Shown here: positions 1-10,000 of the stretch, piece by piece
Position numbering within the stretch: the first letter of the stretch is position 1
Layout of the letters: each line of letters opens with the position of its first letter
Origin: Stramenopiles sp. TOSAG23-6
Lineage: Eukaryota
NCBI GenBank assembly: GCA_900128565.1
Contig: LT635915.1
Location: 46,804-66,803 of the forward strand
Direction of reading: 5' to 3'
DNA: 20,000 bases
Made by a program: the position numbers and the translations under genes
The notes under the pieces: model-generated
The model's input: the letters and a program-made list of their open reading frames with translations, nothing else
Told to the model about the DNA's origin: nothing
The model's database searches: none

Positions 1-1
1 C

Positions 2-2257
2 TTACATATATATGTTGTTTTGCTATTACTTTATTTTCCGAGTTTTACTGCGACATATATTGAACTGACAAAAGATTGCCAAGGAAACGACTTGAAGTTT
101 ATTGTTGATCCCAGTATACCTATCGAGGAAATAGAAAAAAACAGTATCACAGGATTATTTTCAAACAATCAAACTGAGTTCATCTGTAACTCTGAGTGTG
201 ACCATGATTTTCGCTGCGCTGGTTTTACGGTCAATTTCAATAGAAAAAAGAAGAATGATTGGATTTGCATCCTGAAGTCGAAAACATGTAACAATCACAA
301 AGGAGAGTGTGTAGAAGATACGTGTTTCTTTCACCGAGACTCATGTATTGGCTGGGATGTGCTACTTAATGAAGCAAATCCCAATAGAAGTAAAGTTTTA
401 AGAATTCAGCAGCTCTTCCATAGAGTTATTCAGAACTTAAGACGTTGCTCTTTCGAGAAACCCAGTGACTGGAGGTCACAATACAACTTTGGTGCAGTCT
501 TGTTTAACGCCATGGAAAAGGGATATGCTTCACCGGCATTTAGTCAATATGAATATACAATAGAAAATGTCGCTATATTGTTTAAACGTGCAGCTACATT
601 ACAACCAGGAGATCCATTTATTCTTTATCCTTTCACAAAGGTTGCAATTATGGTTGGCATAGAAGCAAGTGTTGAGGCTTGGAATTTGGTAACCCCAGTA
701 TTTTTAGCTGCATTTCCACACACAGATAATAAGTGCACACCTGAAACTCCAACTAATTCTAACAATGGGATCTGCGAGCCTTCAACGCAAATTGCAATTA
801 ACAAAGATACGAATGATCAGTTAATCATTCTTGCCCTTGCTTGGGCAAAGCTTGTCATAAAACTTCGCAAAATAGACATAAAGGATTTGAATAATATACT
901 AACAGTAAAGTCTCCCGTAGACTATATTATAACAGCTAAAACAATTCTTCTTGATATCATTCGACTCTATCATATTGGTAAACTCGATAACCACGGTGAG
1001 ACTATAACTGATGCATTCACAACTCTTACAAAGATATCATCTAAAGATTCTAACCCATCCAGGGAGAAGCTTTACCATGATTTCACAAAATTACGACGTA
1101 AAGAACTTCGAATTGGTTCTGATGCTCACAAAACACAAAAATATTCTAAATATGCTTTGACCGAAGCTTCATTTCTTAATGTAACAACTCAAATATATAC
1201 TTCAGATGTCTTCCGTGAATTAATGTATCATAGACGTATACACGTTCAGCGTGAATTAAAGAAACGCCAGAATACTGGTGATACTAATGTACCTACCGTA
1301 CCATATTTGGTCTTTATTGTTGGATTTTCGAGATCAGGGACATCAATGCTTGAAGCGATGCTTTCTACCATTCCACAAGTTCTTGCTCGAGGTGAAATTC
1401 CTTCATTAGATACAATTGCTCCTTCTCTCAGTACATATTTTCAAACTAATGATAAAAAGCATTTTCCTCCTCTCGCAATACAGCAAATATTGGGACGCGG
1501 GCCAGATGTAAACACAACCGATGCTGATAGCATTGCTTCAATGAGGGCGCAAGGTAATGCAGTACTTGATGCGAAAGCAGCCGAATTTAGAGATATGTTA
1601 CTGCGACCACCATATAATGCAAATCTTCATACACATATTACAAACAAATTTCCGGAGCATGCATGGAAATTGGCTGTTTTAAGACTTCTTTATCCTTATA
1701 GTATTATGGATGATGATAGTGCATCGATACTTAAGAATACGACACGTTTGTCGTTTCTCCAAATGATACGAAATCCACTTGATGTGGCTGTATCTAATTA
1801 TGAAGCTCCTTACTCAGAAAATAACATGGGTTGGACATGGCAGTTTCAAGATATTGCATTAGTTTTATCTCACCACCGAAAATTAATGCTTCATTGGAGA
1901 GCAATTGGAATCGTAACAACAGATATTAGATACGAAGATGTTGTCTTTCACCCTCGTACAGTCATGAAACGTATTTTAAAAGCAATACGACTACCCTCGG
2001 ATGAAACTAGTATCGCTGAATGTTTAAATTTCCACTTGTCTAAACGAGTGACACAAACACAAAGTAATCAACAAGTACAACAACCTTTATACTCATCATC
2101 TGTAGGGCGTTGGAAACATTATACAACTGAAGGAATATTACCGCTAATAAATACTCTCTCGGATGTGATACAAAAAAAAGGAAATATTACAAAGAATTCA
2201 AGTCAAAATTCCTATGATACTTTTGACTGGTGGCTTCGTCCTGAAGATAGTAATTGA
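2..2257 (+). CDS. 5'-partial secreted/luminal protein: PAN/apple-like domain, helical TPR-like region, C-terminal PAPS-dependent sulfotransferase (Sulfotransfer_3-like)
   Basis: The frame is open from base 2 (LHIYVVLLLLYFPSFTA, the end of a signal-peptide-like stretch); the track start at 20 is a TTG. PAN-like Cys pattern: KDCQGNDL...CNSECDHDFRCAGFTV...CILKS. Sulfotransferase motifs: VFIVGFSRSGTS (5'-PSB), RNPLDVAVSNY (3'-PB), RYEDVV, QVQQPLYSSSVGRWKHY. Ends in TGA at 2255-2257. Confidence 0.85.
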   Translation, partial: LHIYVVLLLLYFPSFTATYIELTKDCQGNDLKFIVDPSIPIEEIEKNSITGLFSNNQTEFICNSECDHDFRCAGFTVNFNRKKKNDWICILKSKTCNNHKGECVEDTCFFHRDSCIGWDVLLNEANPNRSKVLRIQQLFHRVIQNLRRCSFEKPSDWRSQYNFGAVLFNAMEKGYASPAFSQYEYTIENVAILFKRAATLQPGDPFILYPFTKVAIMVGIEASVEAWNLVTPVFLAAFPHTDNKCTPETPTNSNNGICEPSTQIAINKDTNDQLIILALAWAKLVIKLRKIDIKDLNNILTVKSPVDYIITAKTILLDIIRLYHIGKLDNHGETITDAFTTLTKISSKDSNPSREKLYHDFTKLRRKELRIGSDAHKTQKYSKYALTEASFLNVTTQIYTSDVFRELMYHRRIHVQRELKKRQNTGDTNVPTVPYLVFIVGFSRSGTSMLEAMLSTIPQVLARGEIPSLDTIAPSLSTYFQTNDKKHFPPLAIQQILGRGPDVNTTDADSIASMRAQGNAVLDAKAAEFRDMLLRPPYNANLHTHITNKFPEHAWKLAVLRLLYPYSIMDDDSASILKNTTRLSFLQMIRNPLDVAVSNYEAPYSENNMGWTWQFQDIALVLSHHRKLMLHWRAIGIVTTDIRYEDVVFHPRTVMKRILKAIRLPSDETSIAECLNFHLSKRVTQTQSNQQVQQPLYSSSVGRWKHYTTEGILPLINTLSDVIQKKGNITKNSSQNSYDTFDWWLRPEDSN

Positions 2258-2325
2258 CTTCAAATCAACAATACCAGATGTACCAATAAAAGTAAAATAA
2301 AATATAATCATTCTGACTTTATAAT

Positions 2326-3168
2326 TTATGGTGCTGCAGTTGCAGATTTGAAAAATGTGTATGATAATGTAATACTCTGTACATCTTCCATTTCTGGGTC
2401 ATCTAAAAATGCCGGATCTACAAAGAAAAATACTGGCATATCTACTTCTTCATTTCCCTTCAGCCTTTGCTCATCGAAACAAAAACATTGAACTTTGTTA
2501 AAGTATACACCAGCTTTCATTGGAAGTACGTTATACGTCGCTACACCTATAATTGGTTCGGGTGAACTATTTGATGCCGTATAAAAAGCTAAAGCTGTTT
2601 CTCCAGGTACAACCTTCACTGATTTTTGTTGAGCCGTAAAAGACCAAGGTAACGAACTCGACACAGAGGAAGTAAAATTAATAGTAAGAGGTCTTGAATC
2701 AACAACAGGTGTCATCTTAGCTATTTGGTCTGCTGTTGCTACCCGTGTGGTTCCACCATATCCAGTCGCCTGGCAAAATACTTTATATAGTGGAACAGCT
2801 GCATATGCTAAACCAAATACACTAATTGCGGTCGCAAATAAATACAAAGCGGTATTTTTACCACGCTCATTCTGCTGTTTTCGATAAATATTTTGAGAAA
2901 AGCTCCTACTAAACGAATGCATGTATGGTATAGTGTAGATAATGCTATTAGTGTAACCAATACGTGCACGAAAAGGTACATAATCAGTACGTGGAACACA
3001 ATATGTTCTTAAAGTGAAGTCTCGACTAGATCTAACGTAACCTTTTGAAAGCAACTTCAAAGATGAAAAATCAAACTTGCCATGGCTTCTAATTGATGCA
3101 GAATACAAAATATTCGAGGAGGCATGTATATTCATCAAAGAACGTCGGGAAAACATGGGGAAGAGCAT
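2326..3168 (-). CDS. COX11: Cytochrome c oxidase assembly protein COX11 (copper chaperone), mitochondrial
   Basis: YAAVPLYKVFCQATGYGGT, PGETALAFY, YFNKVQCFCFDEQRL (CFCF copper motif), EVDMPVFFFVDP and ITLSYTFF are all present. The N-terminus is Arg/Ser-rich and acid-poor, like a presequence. Confidence 0.98.
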   Translation of the reverse strand: MLFPMFSRRSLMNIHASSNILYSASIRSHGKFDFSSLKLLSKGYVRSSRDFTLRTYCVPRTDYVPFRARIGYTNSIIYTIPYMHSFSRSFSQNIYRKQQNERGKNTALYLFATAISVFGLAYAAVPLYKVFCQATGYGGTTRVATADQIAKMTPVVDSRPLTINFTSSVSSSLPWSFTAQQKSVKVVPGETALAFYTASNSSPEPIIGVATYNVLPMKAGVYFNKVQCFCFDEQRLKGNEEVDMPVFFFVDPAFLDDPEMEDVQSITLSYTFFKSATAAP

Positions 3169-3272
3169 TATAACCTGAAGCTACTTGTAGAACGATTCAA
3201 AGTTGCTCATGCGTTCTGGGCTTGCTGCTTGTTTCTGTTGTGACCGAATCGAAATACAAGTCAAGTCAGATT

Positions 3273-3287
3273 GTCATTTGAGATTTC
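3273..3287 (+). promoter_or_regulatory. Candidate INR/FPR-like core promoter element (GTCATTTGAGATTTC)
   Basis: Fits the TCATTYBNNNWTTY core of the oomycete initiator + flanking promoter region. Lies about 155 nt upstream of ATG 3430. Similar motifs occur at 6943 and 11094. Confidence 0.45.
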
Positions 3288-3429
3288 TCTACGGTACCAG
3301 TCAGCTTACCAATTACAGTATTCAATATCCTACAGTCAGCGGTGTGATATAATATAAATTATATTACTTTAGATTTCGTTCACACTCAATGCATTTACAC
3401 ATGCATATTTAGAACGCAATAGCGTTACA

Positions 3430-5241
3430 ATGAGTGCAGATTCGGAGTGCAAACTATATAGATATGAAAGCACTAAAGTTCAAGGTAGTATAAAGCAACC
3501 ACTTGAAATCCGGCATTTTTTATCTGCTGCGGTAGAAGAAGCTAAAGGGGCATTATCATTTGATGAGTTAACGAGGACTTTGACGGTATATAATGCCACT
3601 TTGTCCAAATCAGCTATTTTGCGACTTCGATGTCGCGGTTTTCTTTTATGGTCTCTCGAAAAAGAAGGAAGAGTTATCAGCAAAAAGGCCGCAAAACGCT
3701 TAGCTAAAGCAGCGAGAAATCGTACACCTGAGGCACGTGCTTTTCGCAAAGAAAAGAGAATGAAATCCAAAGCTATTAAGCGGAGTATATCTAGTGTAAA
3801 TAAAACCAATGCGCTTTCTTCATATCGTGATGGCCGAAATGTAAGAAATGTTCAAGCAGATAGATCTGTCAAAGTTATCATTCTTCCCACTTCCGTTCGC
3901 TTTGGTAATATTACTATGCGTCTCCGTGCTGTAGCTCCTTATGTTTATAAATTTGAGTGTGCAGCCAAAGAGCGATGGGTGGGTGAATCATTATTGAACA
4001 TACTTAGACGCGCATTTACGAACGGAGATAATTCTTTACCTCTTGAGTATTATACTGCAGCAATATCCGCCGGTACACTAACTATTGATGATGCCCAAAC
4101 GAGTCCTGACACAATCATACATCAAGGTGCAATTTTACGTCATACTCTTATTCGTCGAGAACCTCCTGTGTGGGTAACACAACACTCTGTTGCTCAAGTT
4201 AATGATGTGGATAATTCAAGTGATAGTAAAGGTGGTATAAATAATGTTGATATCTCAAACGAAAACTGTTTTTCTAAATATATACATATTAAGTGGATAG
4301 GAGACGTTGGTGTTGTAAATAAACCTGCTGGAATGCCAGTTCATCCGTGTGGTCCATATCGTCACAATTCTGTTTTACATTCGCTTGAAACGCAATTGTC
4401 CCAAACAGTGCGAAGTAATTCATCTAGGGAAGATAATTTTCAATACAAGAAATTTAAAAGAGATTTAGATAATGATAGTAAAAATGACGTGAAGTTGTAC
4501 CCTGCACATCGTCTTGATAGACTAACTAGTGGTTTGTTACTGATTTGTCGTACAGTCGAAGCAGTGCGTGAATTATCTTCAAAGATTAAATTAGCAACTG
4601 ATTCTACCAACAAAGATGTATCTAATGTATCAAATACTTCAAGGTTTTGTCGCAAACGCTATGTAGCACGTGTCGCAGGATTTTTTCCTGATGGTGTAGT
4701 GAATTGTGATGAACGAATTCATAAACTTGAATCTTCGTCTTCTCGTCGTTGCTGTCATCCTGATGGGCAATATGCTCGCACAAGCTTCAAGCGTATGCAT
4801 TATTCTACAAATACAAGTGAAAACCATGATAAAGAACACAAGGATATTGGATATAGTATTGTAGAATGTTTCCCAGAAACTGGGCGTACACATCAAATTA
4901 GATGTCATTTGAGTCATATTGGTTTTCCTATTGAAAATGATCCTATCTATGCTGATGATGGTAGTAACTCACAGTGGGTTGAACGAAATAGTTCAAAAAT
5001 AGAAGACATGAAAGTGGCACTACGACGTTTTAAAAAATGGCAAACGAGTCAACTTGAATTACTAATACGAGAAAATAATCAATGTAATCAAAATGAATTG
5101 CAGAACTTGAAAAATATTGACTGTGGTCCAAAGTTTTCTCATGAACAGCTGTACTGTACCGGTATCTGGCTTCATGCATTGAGTTATGATATTAATGGTA
5201 GACATTATGAAGTTCCTTTACCCGAATGGGCAATAAAGTAA
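3430..5241 (+). CDS. RluA-family RNA pseudouridine synthase (RPUSD2/Pus9-like) with S4-like region and N-terminal extension
   Basis: Motifs VVNKPAGMPVHPCG, HRLDRLTSGLLL (catalytic Asp), KRYVARV, TGRTHQIRCHLSHIGFPIENDPIY and IWLHAL. The segment RAVAPYVYKFECAAKERWVG is typical of the eukaryotic RPUSD2/Rib2 group. Confidence 0.93.
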   Translation: MSADSECKLYRYESTKVQGSIKQPLEIRHFLSAAVEEAKGALSFDELTRTLTVYNATLSKSAILRLRCRGFLLWSLEKEGRVISKKAAKRLAKAARNRTPEARAFRKEKRMKSKAIKRSISSVNKTNALSSYRDGRNVRNVQADRSVKVIILPTSVRFGNITMRLRAVAPYVYKFECAAKERWVGESLLNILRRAFTNGDNSLPLEYYTAAISAGTLTIDDAQTSPDTIIHQGAILRHTLIRREPPVWVTQHSVAQVNDVDNSSDSKGGINNVDISNENCFSKYIHIKWIGDVGVVNKPAGMPVHPCGPYRHNSVLHSLETQLSQTVRSNSSREDNFQYKKFKRDLDNDSKNDVKLYPAHRLDRLTSGLLLICRTVEAVRELSSKIKLATDSTNKDVSNVSNTSRFCRKRYVARVAGFFPDGVVNCDERIHKLESSSSRRCCHPDGQYARTSFKRMHYSTNTSENHDKEHKDIGYSIVECFPETGRTHQIRCHLSHIGFPIENDPIYADDGSNSQWVERNSSKIEDMKVALRRFKKWQTSQLELLIRENNQCNQNELQNLKNIDCGPKFSHEQLYCTGIWLHALSYDINGRHYEVPLPEWAIK

Positions 5242-5300
5242 TCAATGATATATAAAAAAAATAATGAAAAGTAATCAATGATATATAAAAAAAATAATGA
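5235..5300. repeat. Perfect 33-bp tandem duplication spanning the pseudouridine synthase stop codon
   Basis: AAAGTAATCAATGATATATAAAAAAAATAATGA occurs at 5235-5267 and again at 5268-5300. Confidence 0.95.
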
Positions 5301-5321
5301 AAAACTGTATACGGAAATGTA

Positions 5322-6794
5322 TTATGTATTAATTAAAAGACATTCATGTGATCTAGCCTCCACATTAGCAAAATCAACAACTTTGTTATTATCTAAAAGT
5401 AAAACCGTTTCAGCTAAGTTCATCGCAGGGCAAATGTGTGTTGGTACCAAATATACTTCCTGGCCACGCTCGAGTTTCTTCAATAAAGTAACACCTGTAC
5501 TATTATCTGTAGATTCATTTTTAATATTATCTGTAGATTCATTTGTTGACTCAACACCAGTGACAAAATCATCAGATCGCCTTAAACCTATCTCTGACCC
5601 TTGGCATGAGGCATCTAGAGGCAAATGTTCTTCACTGGGTGATAATGGAAGCAGCTGTTGATGACCAATGACTAAACAAGGAGGATTCCCAGGGTCAATT
5701 GGAATTGTTTTCGATCCAGCGTCAATTGTAGCATATTGCGGCATTGGATTTGATAAAACTCTAGACATTACCACAGCAGCAGGAACCAATGACAAGTCTT
5801 CATTTTCTAAATCACTTTTTAAATCATGTAAAACAACTGTTCCAGCAGAAGTCCGATGAATACCAGAACTTTTTAGACCACAATGTTCTAAAGAAGCTGT
5901 TAAGGAAGGAGTTCCTGATGTAATTACTTCGTGCGTTTCTATCCCTTTGTTAGTAGCTATCGCGACAATATTTAGTAATTGATCATATAAAGTATGTACC
6001 TTACTCTTACGAGAAGCACCTCCATTCCAAGTGCCTGCATGTCCATCATACATATGAAGGCCTCTGTAACAAATATTATGCTTTGCTGTTGTTTCCATAA
6101 TAGAAATAATATCAGCAACTACAAGTGAAGTGCTCTTATTTTCATCATTATCACGATGTAACATTTGGATCCCAGTACGATTTTGGCCACAATTCAAGTC
6201 AATGAAAATACCAATATTCCATTTTTTTTTAAAATTAGACGAAGCTAAAGAAGTAATCGCTGCTACCTCCAAAACTCCTTTCGTATCTTCAACGAGAACT
6301 GAAAAATTGATATCTGGGTATGTACATACTATTTCAGCATATCGATAAAGATTGGCACCACGCAACGACATTGCTAAGAGAATGTCTGTCTCTTGACCGA
6401 AGCCTTCTTTAGTCATAGTACGTGCTAGACATTCAGCTTCTTTTGTTGTGGCACACTTAAAATTATGTATTCCTAATGAGGAGAGCTCCCGCCATATTTC
6501 TGGAACCTTTGTGGTTTTTATATGTGGTCGCCACCTGTTAGGATCCCCGCCACAAAGAGCCAATATAGCATTGCAATTTGATCGAACCTTGTCAAGGTGA
6601 ACACAAACTACTGGTGATAAGATACGCCGTGCAATAGACGCTGGTAACGCATAGTCGTTGACTTTTAATATTTTGCCTAGACGAGATGTTTCACAGACAT
6701 TTTTCAAGCCAACGCTACTTACATACCTCACCAAACGGTTTTTAATTCTTCTAAAATTAGAAATATGAGGTGACAATCGTTGAGAATGAAGCAT
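5322..6794 (-). CDS. Fold-type III PLP enzyme, DSD1/D-serine dehydratase / D-threonine aldolase family, probable mitochondrial presequence
   Basis: SPVVCVHLD..RSN, RWRPHIKTTK (PLP lysine), FKCATTKEAE, IDLNCGQNRTGI, GLHMYDGH, SGTP, DAGSK, SEEH and VPTHICPAMN. The N-terminus MLHSQRLSPHISNFRRIKNRLVRYVSS is basic with no acidic residues. Confidence 0.9.
   Translation of the reverse strand: MLHSQRLSPHISNFRRIKNRLVRYVSSVGLKNVCETSRLGKILKVNDYALPASIARRILSPVVCVHLDKVRSNCNAILALCGGDPNRWRPHIKTTKVPEIWRELSSLGIHNFKCATTKEAECLARTMTKEGFGQETDILLAMSLRGANLYRYAEIVCTYPDINFSVLVEDTKGVLEVAAITSLASSNFKKKWNIGIFIDLNCGQNRTGIQMLHRDNDENKSTSLVVADIISIMETTAKHNICYRGLHMYDGHAGTWNGGASRKSKVHTLYDQLLNIVAIATNKGIETHEVITSGTPSLTASLEHCGLKSSGIHRTSAGTVVLHDLKSDLENEDLSLVPAAVVMSRVLSNPMPQYATIDAGSKTIPIDPGNPPCLVIGHQQLLPLSPSEEHLPLDASCQGSEIGLRRSDDFVTGVESTNESTDNIKNESTDNSTGVTLLKKLERGQEVYLVPTHICPAMNLAETVLLLDNNKVVDFANVEARSHECLLINT
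5501..5544. repeat. In-frame 24-bp-period duplication (NESTDN x2) in a low-complexity loop of the PLP enzyme
   Basis: TATTATCTGTAGATTCATTT occurs at 5501-5520 and 5525-5544. Confidence 0.9.
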
Positions 6795-6942
6795 ATTATA
6801 ATGACTGTTCGTCGCTTTCGTTCACGAAAGGAAAATGAGGAAAATAATATCTGGCTATCGTAGCAAAGGCGATAGCAGCACACCAAGTGATCGGAGACCA
6901 TTCAAACCAAAGTCTTGCGTCAGCTGATGTCAACAGCTGACC

Positions 6943-6957
6943 GTCATTTCGGATTTG
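6943..6957 (+). promoter_or_regulatory. Candidate INR/FPR-like core promoter element (GTCATTTCGGATTTG)
   Basis: One mismatch to TCATTYBNNNWTTY. Lies about 133 nt upstream of ATG 7076. Confidence 0.4.
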
Positions 6958-7075
6958 ACCAGTGCGCAATTTTTGTAACTGTAAAAACGACAAGCAAAAG
7001 GATTTATAATCCAAAGGGTTTATTACCTTTGTATAATCTCATCTAGAATTTTGTACTACATATTAGATTGCAAAA

Positions 7076-10000
7076 ATGCCGCAGGGAAAACCAAAGTCAG
7101 TTCTACAGGTACTTAAAGATGAGTTAGAAGCTGCGCGTGAGAAAATAGAAGATCGTGATCGTCTTGCACAAGAAGTTTTAGCTCTCAAGGTCAAGTGTGC
7201 TAATGCGGGTGAGTTAGAAAAAGCTATGATTGCAATGAAACGGGAAATGGAGGAAGCAAATACTAGAGCTGATACCATAGAAAATAGAATGTCTGATGTT
7301 CAGAAAGAAAAGCTAAATTTGGAGGAGCAACTAAAAACTATCGACAAAACACTGAAAATGAAACTTTATGCTATTCGACGTCTTGAGAAAAACATGTCAT
7401 GGGAAAAACGCGCTTTAGAAAGTTCGAAGAATAAGGTTCGGGAAATGGAGCGCAAGAATAAAATGTTGGATGCAAGTGCTAAACTTGATCGAGAATTAAA
7501 AGAAAAGATGGAAGCTGATCTTAAGGATCAAACAGGACAGGTCACTAGAGAGCGTGCACTTCGTTTGCTGCAGTTACACAAACACGAACGAGTTGTCCGT
7601 AAGCAACAGGAACTTATAAATACAGCAGTTGGATTACCAGAAAAAGCAAAACTGTATGAGAAACTTGTTGATGCCATGAAACAAGAAATGATTATTATGA
7701 AACAAGCTATTAAAGTTGAACAAGGAATGAATAATTCTCTAGAAGAAGAATTAGAACGTAATACAATAAAGATTGCGAACTTAGAGTCTCGCAGTAAAGA
7801 TATGGAACGAGTAATCCGCAAACGAGCCCGGGAAAACCAAGAATGGCGTGATCGGTTTGATAATTTACGTAGCAAATTTGAGTGGATGCAGTCAAAACTT
7901 GTTAGTCGACTCCGTGGAATGAATTCGGCATCAGAAGTAGCTGAAGTAATGGCAGTAACTGCTCCTGCAATTCCATCAATGCTTGACTCTGACTGGGGTT
8001 TTGGAGACGGAAGAAATAGAGATCGTTTAGATGCCTTACCAAATTATATGAGCAATACACATAGTCACCAACAGCGTATTCGTGGTAAACCACCCCAAGA
8101 AGTTATGTCTATCCTGGAAAATGAATTATTGGGTCATCAAGAGACATTGCAAAATCTTAGACATGAATTAGACGAACGAATTAAAGAGCATTCTGCCTCA
8201 GAACTTCGCCGTGAAGCATTAGTAAAACAGGTTGAAGTCAAGCTCCTTGAAGTTAATCAGAAAAAAGAAATTCGGGACGCAGCAAATATAGACCTAGAAA
8301 CTCTCGTAAAAAAATTATTTGATGTTCGAGCAGAAGCACGACAAAGGACAGATTTGCTTCGTCGACGACGTGTACGAGAACAAGAGGAAAAAGATCCATA
8401 TGCAGCACCTAGAAAATTAAAGCGAGGGTACAAACTTCCAGATACTCACACAGCTGCAATTAGAGTACAAGCTGCGAGTCGAAGTCGACATGCACGTCGA
8501 TCATTTGTAGAAAAAATGGAAACTCTTCAAACAAATCTTCAGTCTGAAATTGATGAACAAAAACGTGTATGTGCTGAATTTCCAGGACAAATTGAGAGAC
8601 TTGAGGAAGTTTTATCTGGGATGGAAACAAAACTGACTCTACAACGTGATGCCACTTTTGAAATAGCAGGTAAGATTCGAGAATTGAGAGTAAAACGCAT
8701 TCCTCGCGAAGAGAAACTCCTCGAAGCCAAGGCAGAGGGGTTACAGGATGCTAAACGACAAGTAGATCAGGCAAATATGAATTTTGAATTTGGTTTAGCT
8801 GATACACTTACATCAACAATAGAATACGGTTTACAGGGTCATATGGGAATCCCAAATGGAAATTTAAGTTCAATAGTAATACCTGAAGACACCGCAGTGT
8901 CGATGCAAAGCAAATTTACATACTCTGCGAAAAGCGCTGCCAAAGTAGATGCAGCAATCGCTAATTTAACTGAATCAATAGCAAAAGAACGGGGGTGGAA
9001 TTCAGGGGGGCATGGAGCACCTAGATATGGATTGAAACGTAGTTTACCTGGAAAGCCCTTAGCATTTCCAGCCCTACTACCTCCTCGGGTAAGACGTAGT
9101 TTAAGAGATCACGAACGCCAAGTTCTTTTGGATGCAATGGTAAATGGTGAATTTGATGAAGAATGGGATGAAAATGATGAGGATGGAGATATAATTGATA
9201 ACAGCATGTCAGTATATAGCCGCAATGTCTCACGTCAGTCATCTCGAATGACATCACGAATGCCAACATCGCGGACATCAATTAGTGCTGAAACAAACAT
9301 ACATTCTTCAATGGAACAGAATTTGGCTAATGACAGCAATGAATACAATTTCAGCAAACAATCACTTTCAGCAGATAAAGCCCATGCCTTGCTTCGCAAT
9401 ATACTTTCGGGTCCAGAATCTCCATGGGGTGTTGATGACTCATTTAATAGATCTGAACACAAAAGTGTAACAAACTTCAGTACTTTGCCAAAATTAGGTG
9501 CCATCAAATATAAACGACCAGAACGAGAAAATATCGATGATGGAATAAGTGTTTCAACAAAAGATGGATCTGGTAATATAAGTGCTAGATCTGGTAATAT
9601 AAGTGCTAGATCTGGTAATATAAGTGCTAGATCGAGTAGCGTCTTGAGTATAAAATCAGGCGTTGGTTTTCGAGGTAGGTCAAGTAACAACTTCAGTAGA
9701 AAAGCATCAACCCGTAAAAAAACACCAAAGTCTCTGCGTTCGGTATCAAGGAAGAGTAGTACTTATGGTTCCAGAAGATCAGCTGCAAAAGCATCATTTG
9801 GAAGTGAAGGAACTTCAGCCAACAACAATTTCACTCAAAGTACAAACCGAAAAGGTTCAATGTTTCTTGCTGGCCAAGCAAAGAGTGATTATATGGTTAA
9901 CGCAGATGACATTCAACGTCAGTTACCTGTTGATACACGAGGATCTGCGAAGATGGTAGTATCTAGAATTAGAAAGTCTATACAGGAAGCAGAGCTCTCA

